The notes: generated from the letters alone by a model not told the origin. Counted from the stretch's first letter, positions 10,829 through 20,187 are shown. The stretch: 20,187 nt of DNA from Zygophlyctis sp. KS116 (GCA_054661495.1 BAAFSQ010000183.1:1-20187); one strand, 5' to 3'. Numbers and translations: made by a program.

Positions 10829-11189
10829 TTTGATTTAAACAGCAAAAGACCTAAAAAGTGACCACATAAAATAGCTATTAGAAATCCAGCGTTTCCAGTG
10901 ATTATGATTAAGATTAGTAGATACTCGAGTAATTTAATTGAAGTCTTGAGTAATGCATTTTTAACAATCAGCATCTCCTTTTTATAAACTCCTTTTAATG
11001 TTGGTTTTAAGAGTGAAGCTCTTGGAACATTGATTGAAGATAATACTTGATAACCAATTGCGATTACAAATACAAAAATTAAAAATCCAAAATATTCACC
11101 ATAAGTATGAGGAACCCATCCCGAGAATAATAATTCTTGTCTTTATGATTACAAACTCTCTCTTACCTCCATCCAAAGTGAAGGCTCAT
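10825..11189 (-). CDS. Ctr/SLC31 copper-transporter family homolog, minimal (112 aa), MxxxM replaced by IxxxI; not in the ORF track
   Basis: Exons 11189..11167 and 11140..10825, with a 26-nt GT-AG intron at 11141-11166 (gtaaga…aaag). Translation: MSLHFGWRQELLFSGWVPHTYGEYFGFLIFVFVIAIGYQVLSSINVPRASLLKPTLKGVYKKEMLIVKNALLKTSIKLLEYLLILIIITGNAGFLIAILCGHFLGLLLFKSN. It has the LLFxGW motif before TM1, three TM helices, TxN after TM2 and GxxxG in TM3. Confidence 0.85.
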
Positions 11190-11275
11190 TTTAAAATTTC
11201 CGCTTGTATACAATTCTGTATCGGGAAATTCATTCTAAATTGTCTAAACAAACATATATTTCCAGAAATAATAAA

Positions 11276-11722
11276 TCAAAACGGAGCTCTACCAATGATA
11301 TTTCCCTGAGGCCAATAATGACAAGTCACTATTTCACAGTTTTTACGAGGATTGACACTCTTTGCACAACCAATCTTTCTAGTATCTTTCCAAACCAGTT
11401 GGGTAAAGTGATTCAAGATTCCTCTTCTCCAAGAGACTCTCTCCTTGTACCATAAAGAAACAGCATCTCTAAATGAAAATGGTGATGATCTTCCCGTCAT
11501 ATACAAGTTTTCTCCGACTCCACTTTTACCTGAATGTTTTAGAATACAACCAGCGTCACTCAAAGATTTAGAGACTGCATAAGCCGATGCTGCCAATTTA
11601 TTATCCCATGATACCGGACCCACTCCAACCAATTGTCTAGCTTTATTAGTTTCCCTTAATGATCCAAAAATATGCTTTACAGCCATGATTGATGCAATCC
11701 AGAAAAAAAAGATGATTTTCAT
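11276..11722 (-). CDS. Secreted CAP/SCP (PR-1/Pry-like) protein (148 aa)
   Basis: Hydrophobic N-terminus; motifs WDNKLA, HS…GENLY, AVSLWYKE, HFTQLVWKDTRKIGCA and CHYWPQGN. Intronless. Confidence 0.92.
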   Translation of the reverse strand: MKIIFFFWIASIMAVKHIFGSLRETNKARQLVGVGPVSWDNKLAASAYAVSKSLSDAGCILKHSGKSGVGENLYMTGRSSPFSFRDAVSLWYKERVSWRRGILNHFTQLVWKDTRKIGCAKSVNPRKNCEIVTCHYWPQGNIIGRAPF

Positions 11723-12146
11723 TTCTTGTCCAATGTTACTACCCTAGGCTTGCCGCTGACGGACCCGATCTCTCTCTTGTTTTTTCTGCTTGTCCGGTTC
11801 TAAAACAGCAAAAAAGTTCAAATTTTTATCCGCAGTGCTTATAAAAGGGAAATTTTTACTAAATTTTTCATGATCCAGAATTCCTGAATCGAGCTCTGTA
11901 TGACCTTGCCTGTCATTTGTCTAGGGTACTATAAAATCTGAAATCTACAATCTACAATGGACAGATTACAGGTGGGGTGGTAAAGTAGGTCAGTGTCCAG
12001 GGTACTTTGGAGACAAACTGAAAGAATTCAGCGATTAAATTCTAGATGAATGCATGATTATTAAATACAAGAATTAAATATTATTAATAAATTTAAATTC
12101 ATTTTTTGAGTCTTGAGATTTTACTTTTAGAATTTCTTGAAAAAAA

Positions 12147-14831
12147 ATGTTTTGGAAATTTGGATTTCATTCTTCTTCTCCCATAGACTCTCTGCTAGAC
12201 AAATCTAGTGTAACTTTAGAAGAGATTCTAGATCAGGAACAAGTTTTACAAGAAACTAAAGGGAAAAATGAGAAATTGTTGAATTTCATCTCAAAACCAG
12301 AAATTATAAAACAATTGTTAAACTATTTGCGACAAAACTCTAAATATTCTTTTCAAACTATTGAAATTTTAAGTTGTGAAGTGGAAATGTTTTATACGAA
12401 TCTATTCAAGAATTTAGAAATTCTAAAGGAATTTTGGACTTTTTTGGATTCAGAGGAAATATTAGACTTGAATGCTTCTTATTTTGCTAGAAGTAATATT
12501 ATTTTTCTTCAAAAAAGGCCAAAACAAGTATTTTTAAATTCTAAATTTTAGATGTTGGATTTCTTGAAATCAATGGAAAATATTGTACCTAGACTATTAA
12601 AACACTTGAAGACGGCTTCAATAATTGATATTATAATGAAATTAATCAGTTTAGATGATTTAATGGATGGAGAGGGAATAGTAGATGTATTTATTGATTT
12701 TTTTTAATAGGAAAAAGTGGTTGGCTGATCAAGGACTAATTGAAACTCTGATTAGTAATTTTGATCCGAAATTAGATACTTTTGTACTATTTGTAAATTA
12801 ATTTGAATAGATTCACGCGTCTGCATCTCAGGCAATTTTAGATATTATTGCTATTTCTTATCAAAATGTAATGTTGGAGCAGTCTCTAACTTATTCAAAT
12901 GAACCTAGAGGTTTTCAAATGATTAAGAGTAAATTAATTCAAAAATTAAGAAGTGCGGGTGTTTTGACAACTTTGTTGGGTTTTATGATTGATAGATCTG
13001 CAGAGAATTCAAAGAGTTCTCTAACACATGGAATTAATATAATAATGGAACTTATAAGGCGATATTGCACGTATATTTATTACTTTTCAAGTTTAGAGAT
13101 ATTGAACATTTGGAAATGCAACATCAGGAATTTAATATTGCTGTACAGCAAGGAATGGAATTAAACTCTGATCCCTCAGAAGAGGCTATTCCTTTTCTTG
13201 CAACTTGTATGAATGATGTATTTGTTACTCTGGGTAAAAATATGGCTTCTTTTTTGCAAATTCTTAAAGATCCAAAAGATGTGGTATTTTAAATTACCCT
13301 TTTAATTTAAAGAATGGTCAAGTACATACAAGTATTGGGATGATGGAACCTCTGGGATCAGAAAGGTTCAAAACTTGCGAGCTTATAGCGGAATTGGTTC
13401 ATGCTCAGTATTTGTTTATCTCTTCACCTCTCTTTGAATATCTTGTACAACATTATCCCATAGAAATCGATGATAGTAAAGAAATTGAATCAGACAGGTA
13501 CCATGATCGAGCGATTGATGGGTTATTGAGTGTGACAGAAGTGTTGCTCAAAGAAAACGTTTTTGAGATTACAATCGTAATTTACTTGTGCTAATTGAAA
13601 GGATTTATTTTTCCGCTTTAAGTGGAATAATTTTTTACATTCGGTTGTGTATGATATGATTGCTAAAGTACTAAATTCTTATTCTTTCATCCTATCCGTA
13701 TGTACACCCGCAATGTTAGATATTGAAATTTCAGAATCCAAGGATCTCTCAGTCGGTCAAGTCACAATGATTCAAGCCAGGGATCTGGTAAAACTATTGG
13801 TTCTCTCGGTTAGATTCATAATTCATACTAAATTTTTAGATTTTTGAAAAGGGTAGAGTAACTTATCGAATTTTAGAATCGGATACTTTAAACCGCGAGC
13901 AGGAGTATGTTATTTTTCGGTTTGATGACTTAGATCGCTTCGAAAAGGTCTCAGATTGGGCTACATGGGTCATTTAACTTATTTATCAGAGGAAATTATC
14001 AAGTTGACCGAAAAATGTGGACAGGATTTAGGCGAGAATTTTCAAAGCTATGTGTTCGATGATAACTGGGTGGCATATGTCACCGGTCCTCTAAAAGCTA
14101 CTAAAGAACGAGATAGCAAACCTCTTGGTGGAGGCCGACCCGAATTTCCAAACATTTTAGCACAATTTGGTGGATACCCCGGGGATGATGGGCCCAACAC
14201 AATGCAGTTGTTGAACGCTGAAAATTTCAATATAAATGCTGTAAAAGAACGGGACCAAAAGCCTGTTGGAGGAGTTAGACTGGAAATGCCGAATATTTTG
14301 ACGCAGCTGGTTGCAGATGATGTACCTAATAAGAATCAATTGCTGGAAGCTGGCGAAATACATCATTCCAGTGTATATAACAAATATTAATACCCATAGG
14401 AACCTGATGGATATAAGACGAAATGGGATTATAATCCAGATAATAGCAAAAACATCATATTATCTGATACAGAGAAAGAAAAACAATTATTTTATTCTGT
14501 AAAACTTTTTCATTAATCTTATAGAATATTCCAGAATACAATAAATCTAGCTGGAATCCCAATATGGTAGAAAATGATATCGAATTCGATGTAAACGAAG
14601 CATATCATGCCGTAATTAGAATTAACATTTTTAACCCGTTAGGATACTTCAGGATTCCAACCGACATCTAATTTTAAAGCTGATGATGCATCTACTTGGA
14701 AAGCAGATTTTGACGGTGCGTTCGGAACAGAAGAGTTGAGATCATCCTTAGACTCTATAAAATCCTCAAAATCATTTCAAGATGCACCTGGAGAAGAATG
14801 GACTGAATTCAGTTCATCTGAAGGTGCATAA
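12147..14831 (+). CDS. SIT4/PP6 phosphatase-associated (SAPS domain) regulatory subunit (792 aa)
   Basis: Eleven GT-AG introns: 12528-12551, 12687-12717, 12784-12810, 13071-13096, 13284-13312, 13577-13601, 13809-13839, 13905-13933, 14373-14399, 14499-14524 and 14612-14642. Motifs MFWKFGF, EPLGSERFKTCELIAEL, DLFFRFKWNNFLH and RLGYMGHLT, followed by an acidic tail. Confidence 0.92.
14094..14365 (+). repeat. Diverged in-frame tandem duplication (about 47 codons) within the SAPS gene
   Basis: KATKERDSKPLGGGRPEFPNILAQFGGYPGDDGPNTMQLLNA (from 14094) versus NAVKERDQKPVGGVRLEMPNILTQLVADDVPNKNQLLEA (from 14235); offset 141 nt. Confidence 0.85.
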
Positions 14832-14877
14832 TATTTAGTACTGTGATTGATTTATAAAGTTTAAGCCGTATTTTAAT

Positions 14878-16768
14878 CTATAATAATGGTTCTGTTCCAT
14901 TCCAATCGATTCCAGATGCTGGCCATTTAGTCTTGATGCAGTTTTCAATAGGTGATATGAGCTCTGGCGAATGGTAATTATTGTGTCCAAAATTTGGAGA
15001 AAGCGACAATCGAATTTCATGCTGCTGATTAGCTAGGCCGTCATAATAAAATAAATCAAATGTGGTGTTTGAGCTGGCAGGAATATGTTTTAAACTGAAT
15101 ATAATAGTATAATGAGATTCTGAACATACAACCCAAACAGGATATTTTGGGGACTTGCAATATTCACCCACTTTCAAATTTTGATAATGCTCGAAAAGAG
15201 ACAATTGTCCAAACAAAGGCTGTGAATGGATTCCTTTGATAATTTTAGGAGGATCTCCACCAAGATCAAGGTTTCCATCATGTAAATTGGATACGGCCAT
15301 CCCCATCAAGATTAAATTCACCATTTCTTGAGTGCAGTAGCTGTGCTTTCCCATTAAACGCCCATCCTTTTCATCCATATCATTACGTACGTTTTCTATC
15401 CCTCGAGAAAGAATAACAGAATACAAAAACTGTATGATGCCATTTGTGCGGCGAGAATTGATCATAAACTATTTATTAGTAAGTTTATAAGCTATTTTTA
15501 CCTGACTTTGTGTAGCTTCTATAAAATCTCTTAGAACATTAGTGTCAGTAAATTCGTGCAATTCTAGGCCCAAAAGAGATCCTGGCCCATTTGATCGAGA
15601 GCTATTTTGTCTGCTGGTTAATAAAAACAAATTTACACAACAAATATGACTTTTTTTGTCAACTTGCTAGCTTGAGTAAGTATCTCAACCATCGCATCAA
15701 ATAAAGCATTTCTGGCTTGAGCCTTATTTGGTCGTAATCTATTCAAACTATAAAATTAATAATAGCGATAAATACGATATTCCATGGTTTTGAGCATCAA
15801 AATGCAAATGCTTTACTACAAATGCCTGTACAGCGGCCAAAAGTCCACATGGTCCACCTTTTAATTGGTTTAATCCATATCTAAGCTCTTCTTCTTCCCT
15901 AAAAACAAATCCCTTCCCAGCCCATTCTTCTCCAAATGTTGCTTTTCCTTTAAACGGAAATATTACTGAATTCAAGTCTTGAAGTATTTGGGAATTGATT
16001 GGAATTCCACGACTAAACGCCCAAGTTGAAAGATTAGAAATTGGAACTGATATTTCATCATCAGAGTCAAAATCATCTGCATTAAAATCATCTATAACAA
16101 GTTCCGGTTGTCGATGAGCAGATGAAGCTCTTTTAATTCGCGGCTGCGGTGTTTGTACAGGCCTTGAAATAGCACTTGGGTTGGATGTACTAAAAGATCC
16201 CAATATTGGAGCGTTTTCATTCAAATCGACATACTTCTTGGGAGTATCTTCCCATCCTTTTGAGACCTTTTTAATAGATGATTTTCTAGAGTTTGCGAGT
16301 ACTGGCTGTATAATTTCTCCATTTCCTAACTTGTCCGATGTGTCCGATAAGATATTCATATCCTTATTTATTTTGTTTGATAACAATTTTTGTACGATAA
16401 TCTCTAAAAATGGTACTTTTTGATTATCTAATGATTAAATTGCTATTATACCTAATGATTTGTCTATAATATTCTCCAGTCCCAATAGATCAAAAAGTTC
16501 TGAACGATCGTCAATCCTAGTTTCTTTAATCTATGATATGAGTTTAATTTTCACACACCAAAATTTCCTCTTTAGCTAGCGTTTCCAGAGTCTTTCGACA
16601 GCCTAAACAAAGTAAATACTCGCGTATCAATGCCAATGACAAATCAGTAATGCTAACTTTTAAATGATCTTTTTCATTTTTTGCCGAATGGATTGGTCTA
16701 GATGGAGAAACAGGGGATATTTGACTAGTAAAAGACTGTCTAGTATCATAAATCTTGGATGATCGCAT
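14878..16768 (-). CDS. MINDY4: MINDY3/4-family deubiquitinase, MINDY4 (FAM188B)-like (583 aa)
   Basis: Introns at 16531-16558, 16428-16451, 15748-15775, 15611-15636 and 15469-15501. Catalytic motifs QLKGGPCGLLAAVQA and CSESHYTIIF, plus HSYCTQEMVNL, YYDGLANQ and IDWNGTEPLL. The N-terminal LisH-like LIREYL…RKTL segment resembles MINDY4 rather than MINDY3. Confidence 0.85.
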
Positions 16769-16817
16769 TACACAAAATCTTCCGAGTCAAAACGATTGCA
16801 TTACTCCTTTCTTGTTA

Positions 16818-17825
16818 CTATTTAGAAAAATATAAAACTAATAGAAAAAGTCCAGTTGATAGAAAAAAGAGAGTTGAATATCTGGCTAAGAAACCTGTTA
16901 CTTTTGCATTTGAAAGTTCCTGATTAAGATCTTGGAACACCCTTGATGCTTCCAACAAGGAATAATTGTCATCATCCACGTCCGAAGTTAAAAGCCTAGA
17001 GTTTATCAATTCATGAATTAAATCTTGACTTATTACATGAGATTGGACAAATGATTGCAATCTATGATCCATTGATAGTAGCGATTTTTGACTTAAAAAC
17101 TCTACTTGCCCTTGTAATGTCATCAAATAGCTATATTCAAGCTTTTCAATATCTTCTTTACTTTCTGCAAATCGCATTTCTTCTATCCATGCATGAATTT
17201 TAATAATCCAAGCAATCATATCATTGGCTAATTGAATTTCATATTCAATTTGCAACCACTGTACTAAAAAGTCATTATTTTTACCCTGTTTTTTCAACTT
17301 TTCGAGAGCAGTATCATTAAGAAATACCAACCCATCAAGTCCTTGGAATAGCATTGACTTTTTCATTGCAAGATCATCAATAATTGCTAAAATTCTTTCA
17401 TATGCCGGTTGAAGATTGAACTCTTTAATCTTATTCAAATGGGAGATATCCATCTGATAAAGATTCTCTAGTACAGTTTTTGCTTCCCTTTTATTCAATG
17501 AATGATATAATTGATTTCGATAAATTTCTAAAAGTCTCTTATTAAGATCAATCTGTGCTGCTCTTGCGACGTTTGAGATGAGTGTCCGATTTAAGGATTT
17601 CCCTTTATATTTTGACAGAATTCCTGGAACTTGTTTTTGAAAGTCATCATGACTATTCTTCAAAAGAATGAGAATGCTGTTTCCCCATGACTGTCCTTTA
17701 ACCTTTTCGGACATACTTGCATGCAATTGATCAGTCAATTCTTTAGCGAATGCATTAGGATTATGTTGGGTTTTTGACAGTAATACATTAATATTCAGTA
17801 AAAAGACTAATAGACAGACAAACAT
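16818..17825 (-). CDS. Hypothetical helical protein with signal peptide and C-terminal membrane anchor (335 aa)
   Basis: Intronless ORF with hydrophobic N-terminus (MFVCLLVFLL) and C-terminus (TLFFLSTGLFLLVLYFSK). No family recognised. Confidence 0.75.
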   Translation of the reverse strand: MFVCLLVFLLNINVLLSKTQHNPNAFAKELTDQLHASMSEKVKGQSWGNSILILLKNSHDDFQKQVPGILSKYKGKSLNRTLISNVARAAQIDLNKRLLEIYRNQLYHSLNKREAKTVLENLYQMDISHLNKIKEFNLQPAYERILAIIDDLAMKKSMLFQGLDGLVFLNDTALEKLKKQGKNNDFLVQWLQIEYEIQLANDMIAWIIKIHAWIEEMRFAESKEDIEKLEYSYLMTLQGQVEFLSQKSLLSMDHRLQSFVQSHVISQDLIHELINSRLLTSDVDDDNYSLLEASRVFQDLNQELSNAKVTGFLARYSTLFFLSTGLFLLVLYFSK

Positions 17826-17859
17826 TCTAATCTAAAATTTTCAATAGAAAAAAACTTTT

Positions 17860-18899
17860 TTAAATCATTGAAGAAATCAAATCCGCAAGTTTTTGACCAT
17901 CTTGTCCAAACTTTCGAATCCCTTCAGCCAATTTCTCTGTAGCCTAATCATTAAAAAGTAAAATCACCATTGCATCTTCATTTAAAGCCCATCTAAAACT
18001 TTTTTCATCATAGAAAATCTTTTCCAAGGCTAAAGATTTTGCATTTTCTGGAGATAAACGTCTTTCAAGTTTATCAATAGACATTAATGACAATTCTTGT
18101 AAAAGAGAAGGAGAAATTGTCAAATAATCAATTCCTGATAATTCAATAATTTCAGAGACTGATCTAAAAGACGCTATAAATAAATCCTAGTAAAAATTAC
18201 CACCCATTACAATTGTTTTATATCCAAACTTTTTATAATAATTGTAAATAATAGCAACCGATAGTACTCCTGGATCTTCTTTTCCAGTATAATCTTTTTT
18301 AAATTCCTTTTTAAACCAATCTAAAATTCTACCAACAAAGGGAGAAATTAGAGTCACGTTTGCCTCTGCACACGCGACTGCTTGAGCAAAAGAAAAAAGT
18401 AGAGTTAAATTGCAGTGAATCCCATACTGAGATTCTAAAATCTTTGCAGCTTGAATCCCTTCCCTAGAATTTAAAACCTTTAAATTTACCATGTAGAAGC
18501 CAATTTAATCAAAATCCGATCTTTAGAAATCCCAACTTCATCATACATTTGAATTAATTTTCTAGCCTTTTCCACAGATCCATTAATATCAAACGAGAGT
18601 CTTGCATCTACTTCTGTAGAAACTCTTCCTGGTACAATTTTCAAGATTTCAGTCCCAAAATTAACCAGTAATTTATCAAAAGCCATAGATTGAATTTCTA
18701 GGATATTGTCCGAATTCTTCTTTGCATAATCGATTGCAGATTCAATTAAAAACTTGTATTCTGGTTTCTGACTTGCCGCCAATATCAGAGACGGATTCGT
18801 TGTTGCGTCTTGGGGCGTATAATTCTTGATTGAAGCGAAATCCCCAGTGTCTGCAACTATTGTTGTCATTGACTTTAGCGCATCCAAAACTGAAACCAT
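17860..18899 (-). CDS. TAL1: Transaldolase (320 aa)
   Basis: Introns at 18464-18489, 18174-18200 and 17944-17967. Motifs [38 protein letters not shown]|EGI (catalytic Lys), [22 protein letters not shown] and [12 protein letters not shown]. Confidence 0.97.
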
Positions 18900-18900
18900 T

Positions 18901-18910
18901 TTTAGGGCTT
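18901..18910 (-). promoter_or_regulatory. Putative Tbf1/telo-box-like site (AAGCCCTAAA) in a 31-nt divergent gap
   Basis: Matches ARCCCTAA. A second match lies at 1524-1531, near another divergent gene pair. Function is inferred only. Confidence 0.3.
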
Positions 18911-18930
18911 TCATTAGGTTAAACTGTGAA

Positions 18931-20187
18931 ATGCAACAGAAAATCCAAGAAAAACTAAATACTCTTCTCAAAATACCTCAAAAGAAATTCAAAAAGAGGA
19001 AATTTGAAGATTTAAAGGAAAACGAACATTCTATTCTCTTCTCAAAAGAGTCTGCAGACTGTACTGTTCTTGGATGGAGTCCAAATTTTAATTTAGAAAC
19101 TGCAGAATATTCTGAAAAATTCAAATTAAATGTTTCCCATGTCTCAAAATTAAAAGGCGGTCATCACTTTATTCTAGAGTCTAATTACGCTCTAAATCAT
19201 ATTTTACACAATTCTTTTGCTGCATTGCTGAAAAGTATTAAATTTGGTCACACATTTACATTTTATTGGCCTCAAGCACAGTTTTTTAATGAGTCTGCAG
19301 GACTTAAAATTTCTTGTTTTACAAAAATTAAAGAAACTAGGACAGGTGAAGATTGGGAATTGCATTTAAGAGCTAAAAAGGATAAAAGTTGTGTTCTAGG
19401 ATATCTATTAAAAGTAAAATTGTTTTTTTATAAATTTTTTAGCGTGCAGAAATACAAAGGGTAATTGATGAAAAGGCGTTATCACTCTTGAAATCTAGGA
19501 AATTACCTCTAATATTGGATTTAGATGATACTTTAATTCGTGTAGTGGATAAAACAGGGTCTAATAAAGTGTTTCCTTTCTCACAATTGGATTTGGGTAA
19601 ATTTAAAATTTTAAATAATCTAGTTAAAAATAGGACAAGAGAATTAAAAGATGGTAGAAAGGTGGTGCTGGCATCAAAAGTTTTGGAGTTTTTAAGATGG
19701 GCTAAACAGTTTTTTGAAATTTCTATATGCTCATTGGGTGATTTGGATTATGTAAATCAAGTGATTAGAGTCTTGGATCCTAATAATTCTTATATTAAAG
19801 GTGTTGTTTATTCTGCAAGAGATGAATATCTCTATCTAAATCAAAATCAAACTCAGAATACAAAAGTCAGAGTTGCTCCAAAGGATGTTCGATCGCTTTT
19901 AGCTTTCAGTGAAGTGTCTCAGATTTTGTTAGAGCCAATCATTGTAGATGATATTGTAAATATGTGGATTCCTCAACAGCGAGACTCGGTTATTGTAAAT
20001 TTTTTAGATTAAGAAATAGAATGTCCGTGAAGTTAAAGGATCTTCTCTTTGGGATGTCAATTTCTTTCCAATCGTGACTTTCTGTTTGGAAGAAGTTCAC
20101 AAATCATTTTTTCACAAGTATGATGCCTGGTGTTTTGATAAAGAACGCGAAATTCCCAGCACTGTCACTTCCTACAAGGAATTTTTA
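18931..20187 (+). CDS. FCP1/SCP-like (NIF) HAD-family phosphatase, 3'-partial
   Basis: Introns at 19414-19442, probably 19597-19623, and 19995-20019. Motifs [13 protein letters not shown] (DxDxT), [34 protein letters not shown] and LEEVHKSFF. The frame is open to the window end. Confidence 0.85.

Noticed and set aside
11034-11455. Plus-strand ORFs of 91 and 83 aa
   Set aside because: They are antisense shadows of the Ctr and CAP genes, with non-ATG starts and no motifs.
11898-12037. Possible 27-nt intron (11898-11924) followed by a short open frame
   Set aside because: There is no in-frame upstream ATG (a stop lies just upstream), and the intron composition is unlike the others.
7568-14831. 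Fragmented ORFs of COG5 and SAPS as pseudogenes, frameshifts or an alternative genetic code
   Set aside because: The breaks are explained by 24-33-nt introns, the spliced frames are intact, and TAA, TAG and TGA all act as stops.
2753-16423. Other short ORF-track entries (2753-2965, 3213-3455, 5001-5258, 5374-5565, 8737-8919, 10576-10815, 14048-14230, 14157-14366, 14311-14502, 14835-15020, 16181-16423)
   Set aside because: They are alternate-frame or antisense shadows within well-supported genes.
18826-18971. Apparent head-to-head coding overlap of TAL1 and the FCP1-like ORF
   Set aside because: This is an artefact of TTG-type starts in the ORF track. Transaldolase homology begins at ATG 18899 and the first ATG of the other gene is 18931.
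1-20187. Prokaryotic operon, CRISPR array, transposon, tRNA/rRNA or functional gene cluster
   Set aside because: The genes are spliced and eukaryotic. I saw no repeat-spacer array, terminal repeats, transposase/RT motifs or structural RNA signatures, and neighbouring genes have unrelated functions.

Overview
This is eukaryotic nuclear DNA, AT-rich, read with the standard genetic code. It is most likely an early-diverging (chytrid-like) fungus; that taxonomy is inferred from the fungal-type DCD1/TAL1/SAPS proteins plus a MINDY4-like gene. The ORF track is fragmented because genes are interrupted by very small spliceosomal introns. By hand-splicing I resolved 37 introns, all 24-33 nt (mode 25), and 15 protein-coding genes. 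In order these are: an uncharacterised protein (partial), an arrestin-SH3 protein, a DUF599 membrane protein, dCMP deaminase, a triple-KH RNA-binding protein, an orphan, COG5, a TLC-domain protein, a Ctr-family protein absent from the ORF track, a secreted CAP/SCP protein, a SAPS/PP6 regulatory subunit, a MINDY4-like deubiquitinase, an orphan membrane-anchored protein, transaldolase and an FCP1-like phosphatase (partial). Most gaps between coding regions are only 6-50 nt, and one convergent pair overlaps at its stop codons. The most notable signals are (1) a minimal Ctr copper-transporter homolog whose MxxxM filter is IxxxI, (2) tiny introns with an apparent 24-nt floor and a probable GT-TG intron in COG5, (3) gene packing that implies overlapping or polycistronic transcripts, and (4) an arrestin-SH3 fusion. 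I found no rRNA, tRNA, mobile element or CRISPR array. All gene models are manual and have not been checked against transcripts or database searches.
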